Origin: Glycera tridactyla
Taxonomy: Eukaryota
NCBI GenBank assembly: GCA_965644265.1
Contig: OZ286469.1
Coordinates: 61,628,001 to 61,692,000 of the forward strand
Length of the DNA stretch: 64,000 nt
Direction: 5' to 3'
Part shown: in pieces, positions 61,735 through 64,000 of the stretch
How the letters are laid out: each line of letters begins with the position of its first letter
Numbering within the stretch: position 1 is the stretch's first letter
Notes under the pieces: generated by a model
What the model was told of the DNA's origin: nothing
Seen by the model: only the letters and a program-made list of their open reading frames with translations
Databases searched by the model: none
Translations under genes and position numbers: made by a program

Positions 61735-62454
61735 TCAAGATTCCTATATTAATGTAAATCAATTATTGTATGAACAGCTCCGACAACGACTAACCGAATA
61801 ATGTTTGTCAGATTTGATTGATCGACCCAGTTGCTGATGTTTGATGAGTGCTATATGATTACAGGTGATATGTGATACGAATGTAAGGTTCGCCAGAGCT
61901 GCATGCACAAATGATTCTCTACTCTAAGGTTGGTCATGGGACTGCAAATGAGAATTGACTCCAGGCTTAATCCAGATAGGTATACTGGGATGGGATGAAA
62001 TCCTTGGTGACTTGGAACTTCATCTTGGCTCACGATACTGAAACCAAATTTTACCTGAGCCTTGGCCCAATCCTGTTTCCGACTATGGGTTTCCTTGGTA
62101 ACTTGGTAATCATCATGGCAGGAATGAAGGTATTGAGCCGAGACTCAAAATTAGAACAAATCGCTATGCAGAACCCAACATATACAATGACATCGGAACC
62201 TACCATCCATTGAGACAATACTGTTTGTTGTTTTATAGACCAGGCTAGCAAATATCTAATAAGAATTTAGACACCCCCCCCCCCATAGTGAAAGCTCTAC
62301 AATACAGGAAAACCTCTATCACTACTCCGTCGCAGTAACAGTAAATTACGATTGTACATAGACAAATTGTTTAATTGTTCAACCAACAAAGTTGGCTAAT
62401 TGTTCGTTTTCATCATATCATTCCATCTCATCTGACCCATCTAATTCACAGTAT

Positions 62455-64000
62455 ATGCCATATAGCAATGATAGGAGAAAAAAGAAGGGCCATTACCCGA
62501 CGCAAGGGGCAGTCACCTTACCACGCCATGTCCAGCGATATACACCGGAAACCATATCTGAAGCATCTCATGCATGCGATTTAAGAAAACTCAATGGCAT
62601 AAGTATTGGTTATTTGAATGTACGCAGTGTTGTGAGGAAAATTGATGAAATAAGAATTCTGCTTCATGAAAGTAATTTGAACATATTAATACTAGGAGAA
62701 ACCTTTTTAAATAATACCATTAAAGACCATGAGTTACAAATATCTGGCTATCGCATCATGAGACGCGACAGAGATGGAGGTATGGGATTACGCGGAGGAG
62801 GAGGACTACTTGTATACTATAGGGAGGATCGTCAGATTGATTACCTAGCAGAATGGTCCTTATGTAATCTGGATGTTGAATGTATATGGTTTCGCCTAAA
62901 TCTGCCGGACACCAGACCAACATACATTTGTGGTCTTTATAGACCCCCCTCAGGATCGCCTGGAAATGCACTAGAGATTGTGGACAATAAGATCTTAGAT
63001 ATCAACCAACTCGGACTCAGTGATATCCTAATACTAGGAGATGATAATCTAGACACTCTGAAACCAGGCGCATCAAGGACATTAACGAGAAACTTTTGTA
63101 GCTCGAACCAACTGGTCCAGATGATAAATGAACCGACTAGAATAACCACCACTAGTCGAACCTGCATTGACCATATATATACAAACAATAAAGAAAATTA
63201 TAGAATGGCAGGAGTCATTGACCCGGGAATATCAGATCATACACTTATATTTACAACACGTAAAAAAGCTAGACTATCTAGAAAATCGAAATATATTTTT
63301 CTCAGGAATTTTAAAAATGCAAATTATGAACTTATTACAAAAAAGATCAACGAGTATGACTGGTCTGGGGTCCTGATTGATGCTAGGAGCCTCGATGAAT
63401 GTACGTCAGAAGCTTTGAATGTTATATCATCAATAGTTGATACATGTATCCCATTGAAGAAATACAAAGTCCGAGAGGGTGTCCCTGATTGGGTAACAGG
63501 GGAGTATCTGGATGCTACTCGTGATAGAGAACGTGCAAGTGAAACCTTCAGGCTGGATCCTACCGTGGAAAACCACTTAGAGAAAAAAAGGATTGTCAAT
63601 AAGTGTAACTCACTTAAAATAGCTCTTCAAAAAGGATATATAGAGGATAGACTGAAAAATGCGGAATCAGATATGAAGCAATTATGGAAAACTATTCGTG
63701 AATTCTGGCGCACTGATAAAAATCACGTTACTATAAATAAAATCAATGAAGTCACGGATCCTTTAGAGATTCCCGCAGTTTTAAATGTTCACTTTGCAAC
63801 TATAGGCCAAAGACTATCATCAGATATTCCGATTATCTCCGGGGATCCATTCAGATACTTTCCGTTCAATTTCAGCAATACCTTCTCACTTTGTGAAGTT
63901 ACCGACTCAGATATCTTGACAGCTATCAAGAAAATCAACCCTTCTAAGTCAGGCAGAGAGGATGGCCTTCCATCAAAGGTACTATTAAAATGCACAAACT
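62455..64000 (+). CDS. LINE ORF2 N-terminal part: APE endonuclease and linker toward RT (open to the window end, 515 codons)
   Basis: Manual translation, no stops: YLNVRS, ILGET, GGGGLLVY, LYRPP, LGDDN, EPTR, CIDHI, ISDH, then PDWVT, LWKTI, HFATIG, INPSKSGREDGLPSKVLL. Absent from the track because it has no stop in the window. Confidence 0.95.
   Translation, partial: MPYSNDRRKKKGHYPTQGAVTLPRHVQRYTPETISEASHACDLRKLNGISIGYLNVRSVVRKIDEIRILLHESNLNILILGETFLNNTIKDHELQISGYRIMRRDRDGGMGLRGGGGLLVYYREDRQIDYLAEWSLCNLDVECIWFRLNLPDTRPTYICGLYRPPSGSPGNALEIVDNKILDINQLGLSDILILGDDNLDTLKPGASRTLTRNFCSSNQLVQMINEPTRITTTSRTCIDHIYTNNKENYRMAGVIDPGISDHTLIFTTRKKARLSRKSKYIFLRNFKNANYELITKKINEYDWSGVLIDARSLDECTSEALNVISSIVDTCIPLKKYKVREGVPDWVTGEYLDATRDRERASETFRLDPTVENHLEKKRIVNKCNSLKIALQKGYIEDRLKNAESDMKQLWKTIREFWRTDKNHVTINKINEVTDPLEIPAVLNVHFATIGQRLSSDIPIISGDPFRYFPFNFSNTFSLCEVTDSDILTAIKKINPSKSGREDGLPSKVLLKCTN

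Larger units (their letters stand above)
60200..64000 (+). mobile_element. Non-LTR retrotransposon, CR1/L2-group, with esterase ORF1 and APE ORF2 (3' part beyond the window; 5' boundary approximate)
   Basis: 5' tandem monomers, SGNH ORF1 and uninterrupted APE ORF2, all in the same orientation. Confidence 0.9.

Noticed and set aside
60184-61801. Shared LLYEQL in ORFs 60184-60402 (minus) and 61619-61801 (plus)
   Set aside because: A single 6-aa match among hundreds of short ORFs; the flanking similarity is too weak.

Overview
Animal genomic DNA, about 60% AT, with five short N-gaps. The window holds the 3' half of a CPEB2/3/4 (Orb2-type) gene on the + strand. Five GT-AG coding exons (9049-9138, 26759-26877, 29821-29935, 41104-41285, 42116-42343; 90/119/115/182/228 nt) splice in frame into most of RRM1, RRM2 and the ZZ zinc-binding domain, ending ...RPRTVPFRWC*, which resembles the protostome Orb2 C-terminus. 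The 5' exons were not found and probably lie upstream of the window. The introns carry about 14 copies or fragments of a TA-flanked MITE family, a hAT MITE, tRNA-derived SINE pieces, a LINE tail, a Penelope GIY-YIG relic and many micro/minisatellites. After the stop codon comes a long AT-rich stretch with CPE, Pumilio and miRNA-seed motifs, then a piggyBac-type MITE and a ~0.7-kb tandem duplication. From ~60.2 kb to the end lies an apparently intact CR1/L2-group LINE: 5' tandem monomers, an SGNH-esterase ORF1, a ~0.7-kb spacer and an APE-endonuclease ORF2 that runs off the window. Best leads: (1) a 108-codon in-frame ORF starting directly after the CPEB stop (TAG-ATG); (2) the esterase-ORF1 LINE with monomeric 5' UTR and a possible decayed 2A motif; (3) decayed hammerhead-like relics. 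No rRNA, tRNA gene or CRISPR array was seen. Everything was read by eye; no database search was run.
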